From Elusimicrobiota bacterium (lineage in GTDB: Bacteria; Elusimicrobiota; Elusimicrobia; F11), in the NCBI GenBank assembly GCA_044221725.1, contig JBGAON010000001.1, positions 96,001-160,000 of the forward strand: a DNA stretch of 64,000 nucleotides, written 5' to 3'. Shown here piece by piece: positions 29,262-37,604 of the stretch; position 1 is the first letter of the stretch, and each line of letters begins with the position of its first letter. Under the pieces are notes generated by a model, which was not told the origin of the DNA, did not search any database, and was given only the letters and a program-made list of their open reading frames with translations. Both the position numbers and the translations under genes were made by a program.

Positions 29262-31370
29262 TTACACCTCGCTTATGAATGTGCACCGGCAATTGGGATG
29301 AATCGGCAGAAGCGTCCTTGCCTCATCCATCGCCAGCGTCTTGCCCAGTTTCTCACCGGGGATTGATTCCGACACCGCCCGGCATTCCGGGCAAGCGTCT
29401 GGCGACAAAAGAAAAACGACCTTCTCAATGCCCGCTTGATTGAGCGCGTCCAGATTGCCTTCGTTGTAGGCGCGGTTGGCCTCGGTTCGGGCGATTAGCT
29501 CCGCCGCCGATGACCGCGATACGCTTCGCGTATGCCCGGTCCGGATAACATTGCCTTGGGCGTCAATGACGGGTCGGACATTCACGGTGGCGAACGCATC
29601 CAACTGTGCCTCGACCCGCGATTGAAGCTGTTGAACGGACTCGTTGGCCGCGATCCCTTCGATGAGCGCTTGACGGAGAGATGCCTTGATCGATTCCGCT
29701 ACATGCCCCGCCAATGTAGAAGCGTTGTTTCGTAAAAGCTCTTCCACCTCGGAGCTAATGTCATCAATGTCTTTGAGCTTGTTCCGTTGCGCCGCCAATT
29801 TCAGCGCTTTCACAGCCGCTTCAAGCGAATGCTTCTCAATAACTCGGGCGAGCCCTTCTTCATCAATCAGCTCCAAGATAACTTCGAGGTCGTCCAACCG
29901 TTTCAGCGCCTCGGGAAATTTAAACTGGTGGAGAGTGATGTCGTGATAGCGAATCACGACCGGCTCGAACGGGAGACTGCCTTTCTCAACTTTGGGTACG
30001 ATCCGTTCCCGAACAATGGTTGGAATTCGTCGTGAGACGGCGTTCTTGATCTGGCGGAACACGTTCTCAAGAGAACGCACGAACCGGTTTTCGATGTCGA
30101 CCACCGCTCGCGTCGCCTGAACAATTGTCTGCGCTGGTGTCAGCGTGCCCTTTTGAATCTCACCCTCGCCCCGAAGAGCCTTTTCCATCTCCGGCATACG
30201 GGGGGCTACAATGCGCCGAACTTCCTCCGGCGAGAACACGCCGCCTTGAAGATAGATGTTGAAGATCTCGGCCTGGTCTTTGTCATCGATGGATCGCTTG
30301 TTGAATTGGAACGCCCAGTCCTGAATCCCGAAGCCCTGTCGGATAATATGCTTGGTGATCTTCTCGGCCAACCGCATTTGAAAAGGAAGAATAGTCTCCT
30401 CATAGAAGGTCTGTGTTTGGTGCTCACCCGTTCCGGCCCCAATGTTTCCCGTCTCGATGATCGACACCTTGCTGGGCGGCACGCCGTAGACCGCGAGGAT
30501 TTCATTTCGCGTGAACTCTCGCAGCGCCAAAAACTCCATGTCCTTTTGGTTGACGCCGATCTGCTTGTATTCGATCTCGCCTTCCAACACCAAATCGGAA
30601 TGGGCGGAGTCCGGGTTCTTGGCGCGAGCCTGCAAATACTCACGGTTCCGCTCCACTTGTTCCGCGGTCGAGTTTTTCATGATGAACGCGCCGCGAATCT
30701 TTCCGCCATTGATAAAGAATGCGCGGTTGTAGATCTGGGCAAATTTGTCCACGGTGACGGGAAGAATGAGGGAGGCGAGAGGCGACAAGCCGTAAAGGGT
30801 CGCGCCCTTGGTGCCAAGCTTAAAGTGAATCACCTCATCCGGCCCGAAATCCACGCGGCCACTTTTCGCGGCCAGGGAATATTTCGGCATCTGGACATAT
30901 CCTTGAATGGCCCCGTGCTCATCGGCCTTGACCCGAACCGTTGTGACGTCCAGATTCCACAGCTCCTTCGGTTTACCGTCCGCGCCCCGAACCACCTCAA
31001 GGAAGGCGTTCCCGAAAACATATTCATCCCGCGTGATGTCATCAAGGATTTCCAGGAGCGTATCGTTGGGGTTGCAGTTGGAGAAAAACTCCGAAAGGAG
31101 TTCGGCGTCTTTGGGGTCGGCGTTTGGCTTGGTCGGGACGAGCGAATAGCCGCGCGCCGTGACCGCCTTGCAGATGACGCCCACCACGGCCCGTACCCAG
31201 GAGGTCTGCTCGTACATCTGGTTGTAGATTTCGAGATCGATCTCCGGCAGAATCCCTTCCGAGGAACTGAGTCCCAAAACATGGGACACCACCTGCCTTG
31301 AGGATTTTTGAATCTCCTCTTTGATCACGTCAGGAAAGAAAAACTTAACGAATCGCTCTTTGATCTTCAT
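29262..31370 (-). CDS. Portal protein fused to MuF (Mu gpF-like) minor head domain
   Basis: FGNAFLEV, EVIHFK..YGLSPL, ILAVYGVPP; C-terminal IARTE..AYNEG, CPEC, PIHPNCRC; ATGA overlap with terL. Confidence 0.9.
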   Translation of the reverse strand: MKIKERFVKFFFPDVIKEEIQKSSRQVVSHVLGLSSSEGILPEIDLEIYNQMYEQTSWVRAVVGVICKAVTARGYSLVPTKPNADPKDAELLSEFFSNCNPNDTLLEILDDITRDEYVFGNAFLEVVRGADGKPKELWNLDVTTVRVKADEHGAIQGYVQMPKYSLAAKSGRVDFGPDEVIHFKLGTKGATLYGLSPLASLILPVTVDKFAQIYNRAFFINGGKIRGAFIMKNSTAEQVERNREYLQARAKNPDSAHSDLVLEGEIEYKQIGVNQKDMEFLALREFTRNEILAVYGVPPSKVSIIETGNIGAGTGEHQTQTFYEETILPFQMRLAEKITKHIIRQGFGIQDWAFQFNKRSIDDKDQAEIFNIYLQGGVFSPEEVRRIVAPRMPEMEKALRGEGEIQKGTLTPAQTIVQATRAVVDIENRFVRSLENVFRQIKNAVSRRIPTIVRERIVPKVEKGSLPFEPVVIRYHDITLHQFKFPEALKRLDDLEVILELIDEEGLARVIEKHSLEAAVKALKLAAQRNKLKDIDDISSEVEELLRNNASTLAGHVAESIKASLRQALIEGIAANESVQQLQSRVEAQLDAFATVNVRPVIDAQGNVIRTGHTRSVSRSSAAELIARTEANRAYNEGNLDALNQAGIEKVVFLLSPDACPECRAVSESIPGEKLGKTLAMDEARTLLPIHPNCRCTFISEV

Positions 31371-32716
31371 GCCAGGTCCTCCACGAAATTGATGCACGGC
31401 TCAATCTTCTTTTCTTGAAACGGGCGCAGAGCCAAATACAGCGCGTCCAAGAGATCGTCTTTGCCGGTTGGAAAATGAATCAGTTGCTCTTCAAGATTTT
31501 CGAGGCGCTCGGGCATCCGTAAGGTCCCGTTTTCAAAATAAGGCGTGAGGCCCCGGATCCGTTCGTGCTTGTCACCTTTGGTGTGGTGGGGCTCGATGGG
31601 GATATTTTTTGTTTCCGGGTCCGATCGAAGGGATTGAACGAGAGAATTCTGATATCCGTTTGTCTCGATGATGACGCGGGTCGGTTTATGAACATGATAG
31701 ATCCGCTCAATCGCTTTCTTCTGTTCCAGAAAACTCAATTGGTCGTGATAGGCGTCCAGCACATAAACATCCCGCGCCTTGCTCACGCCCACCACGCAGA
31801 TTGCGAACCGCGACCCTTCCTCTCTTTTCGTGATGGCCGGATCCACGCCCGCATAAACCGTCAGATCATCAGGCAGCTGCTTGTATCTCGCGGACTCAAT
31901 CCACGCGAGTTTGAAATCCGCCTTTTCGCCGCCCGCCGGATCATTTCGATACAAGCAGTTGTAAGCCAATGTCCCCATTTGAGCCCGGATCAGATTCAGC
32001 TTCTGCTCGTTGAATTTTTCGGGAAAAAGAATGTGGGGGTTCCCCTTCTCATCGATCCAATCCGCCGCCAGGTTTATGACCTTCCAATGGGAAAAGCCGG
32101 GATCCGATTTGATAAAGCCCGCGAGATCCTCCGAGTGCCAACGCGTCATGATCACAATGATCTGCCCGCCGTCGTCCAAGCGGGGCAGAAGATCCCGCTG
32201 AAACCAACCCATCACCTTCGCCCGCTGGTGATAGGTCTGCGTGTTCCGGTTGCTGCAGGGATCATCCACGATGATGAGATTGGGGTGCATCGACACCACG
32301 GTTCCCAAAACCGAGCCCACAGCGATGCTCGGCTCTTTTCGGATCTCGGTGCGGGGAATTTGGATGCGCTCCTCGGTCCAGGTATTGGCTTGGAGATCCC
32401 AATTCCCGTATTTTTCGCGGAACCGCTGGTTCTCCGTCAGGTGCGCTTTGATCTCGCGTAAAAAACCTTTCGACTGATCCAGTATTTCGTTCACGAGTAA
32501 AATTCTCATGTTCGGATCTTCCATGAGCCTGAAGAGCGGATAGGTGATGGTGCAGGCGGAGGTTTTGAAATGACCGACCGGAGCGCACATGAGGATGTAC
32601 TTCTCTCGCAAGAGGATGTCGAACCAGGACAAGTGAAGCTCGGTGAATTGCTTGTAGCCCAGCACGTCGCGGCCAAAGAAAAAGAGTTCCTGGAGGCGTT
32701 CCGAGTGGGATTTCAT
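31367..32716 (-). CDS. terL: Terminase large subunit
   Basis: APVGHFKT Walker A-like, IIVDDP, MTRWHSEDL, GVDPA, IETNGYQ, DDLLDAL; start reassigned to MKSHSE. Confidence 0.9.
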   Translation of the reverse strand: MKSHSERLQELFFFGRDVLGYKQFTELHLSWFDILLREKYILMCAPVGHFKTSACTITYPLFRLMEDPNMRILLVNEILDQSKGFLREIKAHLTENQRFREKYGNWDLQANTWTEERIQIPRTEIRKEPSIAVGSVLGTVVSMHPNLIIVDDPCSNRNTQTYHQRAKVMGWFQRDLLPRLDDGGQIIVIMTRWHSEDLAGFIKSDPGFSHWKVINLAADWIDEKGNPHILFPEKFNEQKLNLIRAQMGTLAYNCLYRNDPAGGEKADFKLAWIESARYKQLPDDLTVYAGVDPAITKREEGSRFAICVVGVSKARDVYVLDAYHDQLSFLEQKKAIERIYHVHKPTRVIIETNGYQNSLVQSLRSDPETKNIPIEPHHTKGDKHERIRGLTPYFENGTLRMPERLENLEEQLIHFPTGKDDLLDALYLALRPFQEKKIEPCINFVEDLA

Positions 32717-32728
32717 CTCCCGCTCCCT

Positions 32729-32835
32729 GTACGAAAAAAAGATGGTTTCGTACAAAAAATGGAAAGCCCTCTTTTCCCTGGTGTGTTTCGTACATAAAAA
32801 AATGGAATGTTTCCCTTGGGCGCGTGCGAAACACA
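32729..32835. repeat. Four alternating-orientation TTTCGTAC-like sites between terS and terL
   Basis: GTACGAAA 32729-32736, TTTCGTAC 32746-32753 and 32786-32793, GTGCGAAA 32824-32831. Confidence 0.65.
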
Positions 32836-32923
32836 ACCAAAGGGGAGGCATACGCGATAATCGAAGGAAATTTTACGCTCGGCGACCGCCGCCGAAAAAA
32901 CGCCGGTCTTCCGTCGAGGAACC

Positions 32924-32952
32924 ACTCGACATAATGGCGCATTATGTCGAGC
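32924..32952. other. dif-like palindromic recombination-site candidate
   Basis: ACTCGACATAA-TGGCGCA-TTATGTCGAGC; 12-bp perfect inverted repeat with CATAA/TTATG inner arms. Confidence 0.6.
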
Positions 32953-32959
32953 AGGGACG

Positions 32960-33535
32960 CTAACCGTTTGCACTGTTTCCCTCCGCCTGCGCCGAGTCAG
33001 GAGCTGGCGCGTCGGCAAGGATTTCAATCGCCGGTATTGGTTCGACGGTGGTGACGGCCTGGCTCTCTTTCATTGGGGACTCCGTCCCGTGGGACTTCGG
33101 CCCGTTTGTTTCCTTTCTTTCCAGAAACTTTTGAACCGTTATTTTCACTTCCTCCGACACCTCCATAACTCTATCGGGAACCGACGTTTTTGCGGTGAGC
33201 GAGCCGAACTGGGCTTGCCGGTCGAAGAGTTCGCTGATGATCTGAACCAGATCCCGAGCCGACGCCTCCGACAATTTCTTTTTGAGAATTTTAAGCGAGG
33301 CGAAAATGATGTCCCACACTTCTCTTGTCAATCGACCTTGAATCCGGACGGCCACCGGGTTATGGCCTGGCTCATCGGGCTGGAACTTGTTCGCATTATC
33401 CAGCCAATATTTGACGGTCGACTTTTGAAGCTGGAGGCTTTTTGCAATATCGCTCAGCTTCATGCCGCCTTCGAATTTTGCGATGGCGGACTGGATCATC
33501 GCCGTCGAGTGGCGTTGGGGGCCTTTCCGTCTCAT
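32960..33535 (-). CDS. Putative terminase small subunit (N-terminal HTH)
   Basis: GMKLSDIAKSLQLQKSTVKYW HTH, helical middle, upstream of terL. Confidence 0.6.
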   Translation of the reverse strand: MRRKGPQRHSTAMIQSAIAKFEGGMKLSDIAKSLQLQKSTVKYWLDNANKFQPDEPGHNPVAVRIQGRLTREVWDIIFASLKILKKKLSEASARDLVQIISELFDRQAQFGSLTAKTSVPDRVMEVSEEVKITVQKFLERKETNGPKSHGTESPMKESQAVTTVEPIPAIEILADAPAPDSAQAEGNSANG

Positions 33536-33846
33536 GAGCGCCGGACTTTGTTTTCCTCGCCGTTCGGATGGGGCGCGTGAATCAACGGGGAAGAGATCTC
33601 CGTTGGCAGACCCATCTTTTTCTTTTCGTCTTTTATGAGCGCCATGGCGATGTTGGTGGCGTTCGCTTTCTGGACGTAGCGATGAAAATCAATGTCGAGC
33701 TTCGCGCTCGAAATGATCTTCCCGACCAGGTTGCAGATTGAATTAGCCCGCGACGGCGTTGACTTCCCATCTTTGACCAACAGAATCTCCTCGGTCAGTA
33801 TCTTCCGTATGTCCTCTGTGTTCTGAATGATGGTTTTTTGATTCAT
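33532..33846 (-). CDS. Hypothetical phage protein
   Basis: Start reassigned to MNQKT (GGAG RBS); RANSICNLVGKIISSAKL helix seen in small phage proteins. Confidence 0.6.
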   Translation of the reverse strand: MNQKTIIQNTEDIRKILTEEILLVKDGKSTPSRANSICNLVGKIISSAKLDIDFHRYVQKANATNIAMALIKDEKKKMGLPTEISSPLIHAPHPNGEENKVRRS

Positions 33847-34717
33847 CTTTTTCTCCTTGCACAGCTTTCTTAAGTTCCTGATTGAGTTTTTTGATCTCGC
33901 GCAATTCAGGGTATCGTGCCACCGGACGCTCCAGGCACCGGCGGCAAAATTCGGTTGGGGTGGATTTATGTTTTGAGCGACCGCATCCAGGGCAAGGAAC
34001 CTTGGCGATGACCCTGTTCGGATGAGTTCTGCGCCATTCCTTGACACAAACCCAGCTGCACTTTTTCTTGTCGTGGCTATCAGTCTGAAAAACCTTTCCA
34101 CAAACCTCACAAGCCACATCTCGAAGCCGGGGTTTGTAAAGTTTGAGTTGAGCCTTGCACTTCGCACACAACCCTTCTTTGGCGCACGATCCTCCACATC
34201 GAGTGCATCGATTCGCAGGGACGAGCTTCGGTCTTCCAGCCAAAAAACAGTTTCTCGAACAATAGACCTTGCCACTGCCTCGAGGCCGATACGGCAACCC
34301 ACAGTGAAGGCAGTACTGTACGTGGAGCTTATGGAGCTCATTTCTTCTTGAGAGTCTCAACAAACGTTCCCATCGAAGCGCTGCGTCTCGCGCAATAAGT
34401 CCCCAGAACGTTTCGGACTCTTCCCAGGCAGGAACTGAATCTCCCATTGCTTGACGTTCTACCTCGTAAAGAGCCCGGGCGAATCGTTTGACGCGATCTT
34501 GCCGGCCTTTGGATGAGACAAGAACATCAGGTTTTTTCTTGACCGGCTCTTCAAATGGTTCCGTAGATTTCTCAATCCAGTACAGAAGCGTGGTTCTGAT
34601 AATTCCCAATTCACGAGCGATCTTGAACGGATCCTCGCCCGCCTCGACTCGCCTCAATGATTCTGCGCGAAGTTCGGGTGAATACTTGCGGTATGTTCTT
34701 GTCCCGTGAACTTCCAT
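33743..34717 (-). CDS. HTH plus multi-zinc-finger protein
   Basis: RKYSPELR..KIARELGI..TLLYW HTH; eight CxxC/CxxxC pairs. Confidence 0.65.
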   Translation of the reverse strand: MEVHGTRTYRKYSPELRAESLRRVEAGEDPFKIARELGIIRTTLLYWIEKSTEPFEEPVKKKPDVLVSSKGRQDRVKRFARALYEVERQAMGDSVPAWEESETFWGLIARDAALRWERLLRLSRRNELHKLHVQYCLHCGLPYRPRGSGKVYCSRNCFLAGRPKLVPANRCTRCGGSCAKEGLCAKCKAQLKLYKPRLRDVACEVCGKVFQTDSHDKKKCSWVCVKEWRRTHPNRVIAKVPCPGCGRSKHKSTPTEFCRRCLERPVARYPELREIKKLNQELKKAVQGEKDESKNHHSEHRGHTEDTDRGDSVGQRWEVNAVAG

Positions 34718-34718
34718 C

Positions 34719-34916
34719 TCAAGTGGACTCAACAGCCCTCCTCAATCGTCTTTGATAATTCCGCTGATATTTTTTCCGCCATGAACGCCAACACTCCGCG
34801 TGATACGTTTGATTGCAAAACCACGGCCACAGTGTTTTTCCACACACGCGACATTTTCGTTTCGGCGGCGCGATCAATTTTCTCTTGCTCCATATTTTGG
34901 CCTTTGGGCTTGTCAT
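34719..34916 (-). CDS. Small basic zinc-finger protein
   Basis: CRVCGK..YHAEC followed by Arg/Lys-rich helix; start uncertain. Confidence 0.5.
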   Translation of the reverse strand: MTSPKAKIWSKRKLIAPPKRKCRVCGKTLWPWFCNQTYHAECWRSWRKKYQRNYQRRLRRAVEST

Positions 34917-34930
34917 ACGTCCATCAACTC

Positions 34931-35377
34931 TCAAACTGTCAACGGCACATTCGCGCACAAGGTGTTCGCCTCGACTTTATCTGAACCGCTATGCAAAGGA
35001 ATCTTGGCGATAACTTCTGAATGCGTGTCGTGCCATACGCCCATCACGCGGGGCAGAATAAATTTGTCGTTCGTGACCACGCCGCCCAATTGCATCGCGT
35101 CGAACAGAATTTTTCCGTAGTTATGCGCGTCGCAATTGGTTCGAGGCAAGATGAACCAGAGATCCACATATGCGTAGGTTTCGATGGGCTTGAACTTCTC
35201 CCGTTTCATCAATATTTTCAGCTCGAGGCCCACAGTCCGGATGTATTGGCGCGCTTCTTGGGTGAGAATCGACCGGCAGTTCCGGCCCATGCGTACCGGT
35301 TGCATTCTTGCGTTGGTAGAAGGGCAAAGCGGAAGAAACAGCAACACGCCGCCTGTGAGGGTTTGCGATGAGATCAT
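34931..35377 (-). CDS. RusA-like Holliday junction resolvase
   Basis: LPLCPSTN, DAHNYGKILFDAM..GVVTNDK. Confidence 0.75.
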   Translation of the reverse strand: MISSQTLTGGVLLFLPLCPSTNARMQPVRMGRNCRSILTQEARQYIRTVGLELKILMKREKFKPIETYAYVDLWFILPRTNCDAHNYGKILFDAMQLGGVVTNDKFILPRVMGVWHDTHSEVIAKIPLHSGSDKVEANTLCANVPLTV

Positions 35378-35404
35378 CGTGGCTCTTCCCCACCCATCCC
35401 CCGT

Positions 35405-35496
35405 TGCAGGGATGTCAGGCATTTTCCATATAGCCCGTCATACGCGCGTGCGCGCGCGCGTAACGCCGATAATGGAGAATCCCTGACATCCCTGCA
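35405..35496. repeat. Inverted repeat around an alternating purine-pyrimidine tract; candidate replication origin
   Basis: TGCAGGGATGTCAGG (35405-35419)/CCTGACATCCCTGCA (35482-35496) flanking CATACGCGCGTGCGCGCGCGCGTA. Confidence 0.7.
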
Positions 35497-35519
35497 GGAG
35501 TTTTGAAAACCGTTGATAA

Positions 35520-37604
35520 TCAATCCTGCCCCCTATCCGTGGGCGCGACCCCAGTAAAAGCGGCATGGCGGGTGCCGGTCACCTTTTGGAACCCCCGATT
35601 GGCCAAATTCTGGGAAAGGCGCTTCTCGGACCCCACATATTCGCCCGCTTCCTCTGCCCATTTTTTCCATGAGGCGTACAGTGCCGCGGTGCGGGATGAC
35701 ACGCTTGGATTTAAAAGACACGCCTCCCCAATCCAGCGGCCCAGCGCGTCTTGGGCTTCAAAATATTCCTCTGTCGCCTCCAAAACGCGCGGCGGCGGAT
35801 TGAGCCCCTGCCTTCGCCATTCACAGCATCCTTGAACCGCCCAGCCGAGAATGCCATCGCGCTCGCGGAGCAGTTTTTCAGAAAGCAATTTGTCGCGCCG
35901 CTCAGGCGGGATGGTCACGGTGAATGGAATCAGGTGGAGACGGCGGCGCATGGCCTCATCCACATCACGAATGGCCGGCTTGTGGTTGCCGGCGATCAAA
36001 AGTTTGAACTGCGGTTTGTAATCGAAAAAATCCTGCCGCATGAAACGTGCGGAGATGGTGTCGCCGCCGGTCAGCACTTTTATTTTTGATTCGTCCCATC
36101 GGTTGTTCTCCGACACTTCCGTCGCGATCACGAGGCGCGCCCCGCGCAATTTGGCCAGATCGGTTGGATGACGGTCGCCTTTCGTCACCATGAACGTGTC
36201 GATGGGCGCGTGCGTGGCATAATCGCCCCACACGGCGGCGAGCGTGTTTACGAAAACCGATTTCCCGTTCGCGCCTGTTCCGTAGAGAAAGAAAAGAACA
36301 TGCTCTGAAGTGATGCCAGTGAGCGCGTACCCTGCCACCCGCGCCAAATAGTTCTGGAGATCCTCGTCCCCCGCCGTCACATCGCTTAGGAATTTGAGCC
36401 AGACAGGACATTCGTTTCCATACGAAGCGGCTGTTATCTTTGTCATGTAGCGTGTTTTCTCATGGGGCAACGATTCGTTGACCAGAAGATTTTGGATTCC
36501 GCTCGGCATATTCAGACTCCACGAATCAATATCCCACTGATCGGTTGTCGCCGCGTGTTTCCGGTCGGCGCGCGCTAGCCGTTCAATGGCGGCGACGGTG
36601 GAGGCGCTCGCAACTTTCGCCGCGATCTTGGATTTCTTGCACCGCGCCGATGCCGCGCGACAGACGAGCCGCGCTAAATCGTAAGCCTGAAGCGTGGTTT
36701 CATTCCGCCAACTCGCGCCATCCCACATAAGCCAGCGCCCCCACGACGCCACATAACGCCACGAATCAGCGTGCTTCTCAGTGAATTCGAGCGCCAAGGC
36801 GTCGTCGGTAAACCCAGGTGGCCTGATTATTTCGTTATCATCCGTTTCAAAATGTTGAGCGGAACCGTTGAGTCCGGGTGGAATATCTTCCGGCGGATAC
36901 CGGGCAATGCTGTCTGAGATATTTTCGATTTCTTTTTCCGAGAGGGGCGGCGAACACCGCTTGGCGTTGACGGTCTTAAGCGCGGCCGATATTTCGTCCG
37001 TGTCCAGGCCGCGCCTTCGCATTGATCCAGCGATGCTGGCCAGGGTCGCGTTCCGCTCGCCTTCGGGGATCGTTCCATTGGTCCCGTTCAGCGGTAGACT
37101 TTGACGATGCTCGCCATTCTCTCTCAACTCGCGGATGACCTCAGGAAGCGCGGCCAGGTGCGTTTCGGCATCGAACCATTCGTAAGGAACGCCGTTAATC
37201 TGGGACCCGGGCGCGACCACATAACCGCCGTCCGCTTTGAGATCCACACCGGGAAGAAGTCCATTCCGGCTTCGGAGTGGCTCGTCCAACAAATAATAAA
37301 GATGCCACCCGCCGCTTGGCGTTCTGGCCATCAAGGTCGGGGTCATGCCTTTTAGTTTTTCGATGGACTCGCGGCCCTTGGCGCCGTTCTTTACATCGAT
37401 ATCCACAACCGCCAATTTCGAAACCATGCCTGTGGCAATCCCGATATTCGCGTCCGGGTATTTCTCCCACCACCGCTTTACGGCATAGACAGATAAGGTG
37501 GCATCCTTGAATCCATTGGGCGTGAGCGGCCGCTTGCCGTTGGGCTCAACGGGGAACACCGGCCAACCGTTATTAACGAAGATAAGCGCTTGCTCCAAAC
37601 TCAT
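35520..37604 (-). CDS. Prim-Pol/PriCT/D5-type SF3 primase-helicase (P4 family)
   Basis: GWPVFP, ANIGIATG, VVDIDVK, TPSGGWHLY, GERNATL, GTGANGKS; ATGA overlap sets start MSLEQ. Confidence 0.9.
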   Translation of the reverse strand: MSLEQALIFVNNGWPVFPVEPNGKRPLTPNGFKDATLSVYAVKRWWEKYPDANIGIATGMVSKLAVVDIDVKNGAKGRESIEKLKGMTPTLMARTPSGGWHLYYLLDEPLRSRNGLLPGVDLKADGGYVVAPGSQINGVPYEWFDAETHLAALPEVIRELRENGEHRQSLPLNGTNGTIPEGERNATLASIAGSMRRRGLDTDEISAALKTVNAKRCSPPLSEKEIENISDSIARYPPEDIPPGLNGSAQHFETDDNEIIRPPGFTDDALALEFTEKHADSWRYVASWGRWLMWDGASWRNETTLQAYDLARLVCRAASARCKKSKIAAKVASASTVAAIERLARADRKHAATTDQWDIDSWSLNMPSGIQNLLVNESLPHEKTRYMTKITAASYGNECPVWLKFLSDVTAGDEDLQNYLARVAGYALTGITSEHVLFFLYGTGANGKSVFVNTLAAVWGDYATHAPIDTFMVTKGDRHPTDLAKLRGARLVIATEVSENNRWDESKIKVLTGGDTISARFMRQDFFDYKPQFKLLIAGNHKPAIRDVDEAMRRRLHLIPFTVTIPPERRDKLLSEKLLRERDGILGWAVQGCCEWRRQGLNPPPRVLEATEEYFEAQDALGRWIGEACLLNPSVSSRTAALYASWKKWAEEAGEYVGSEKRLSQNLANRGFQKVTGTRHAAFTGVAPTDRGQD

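Noticed and set aside
34560..34717. IS3-like transposase OrfA
   Set aside because: HTH resembles it, but there is no DDE OrfB or terminal inverted repeats; it is fused to zinc fingers
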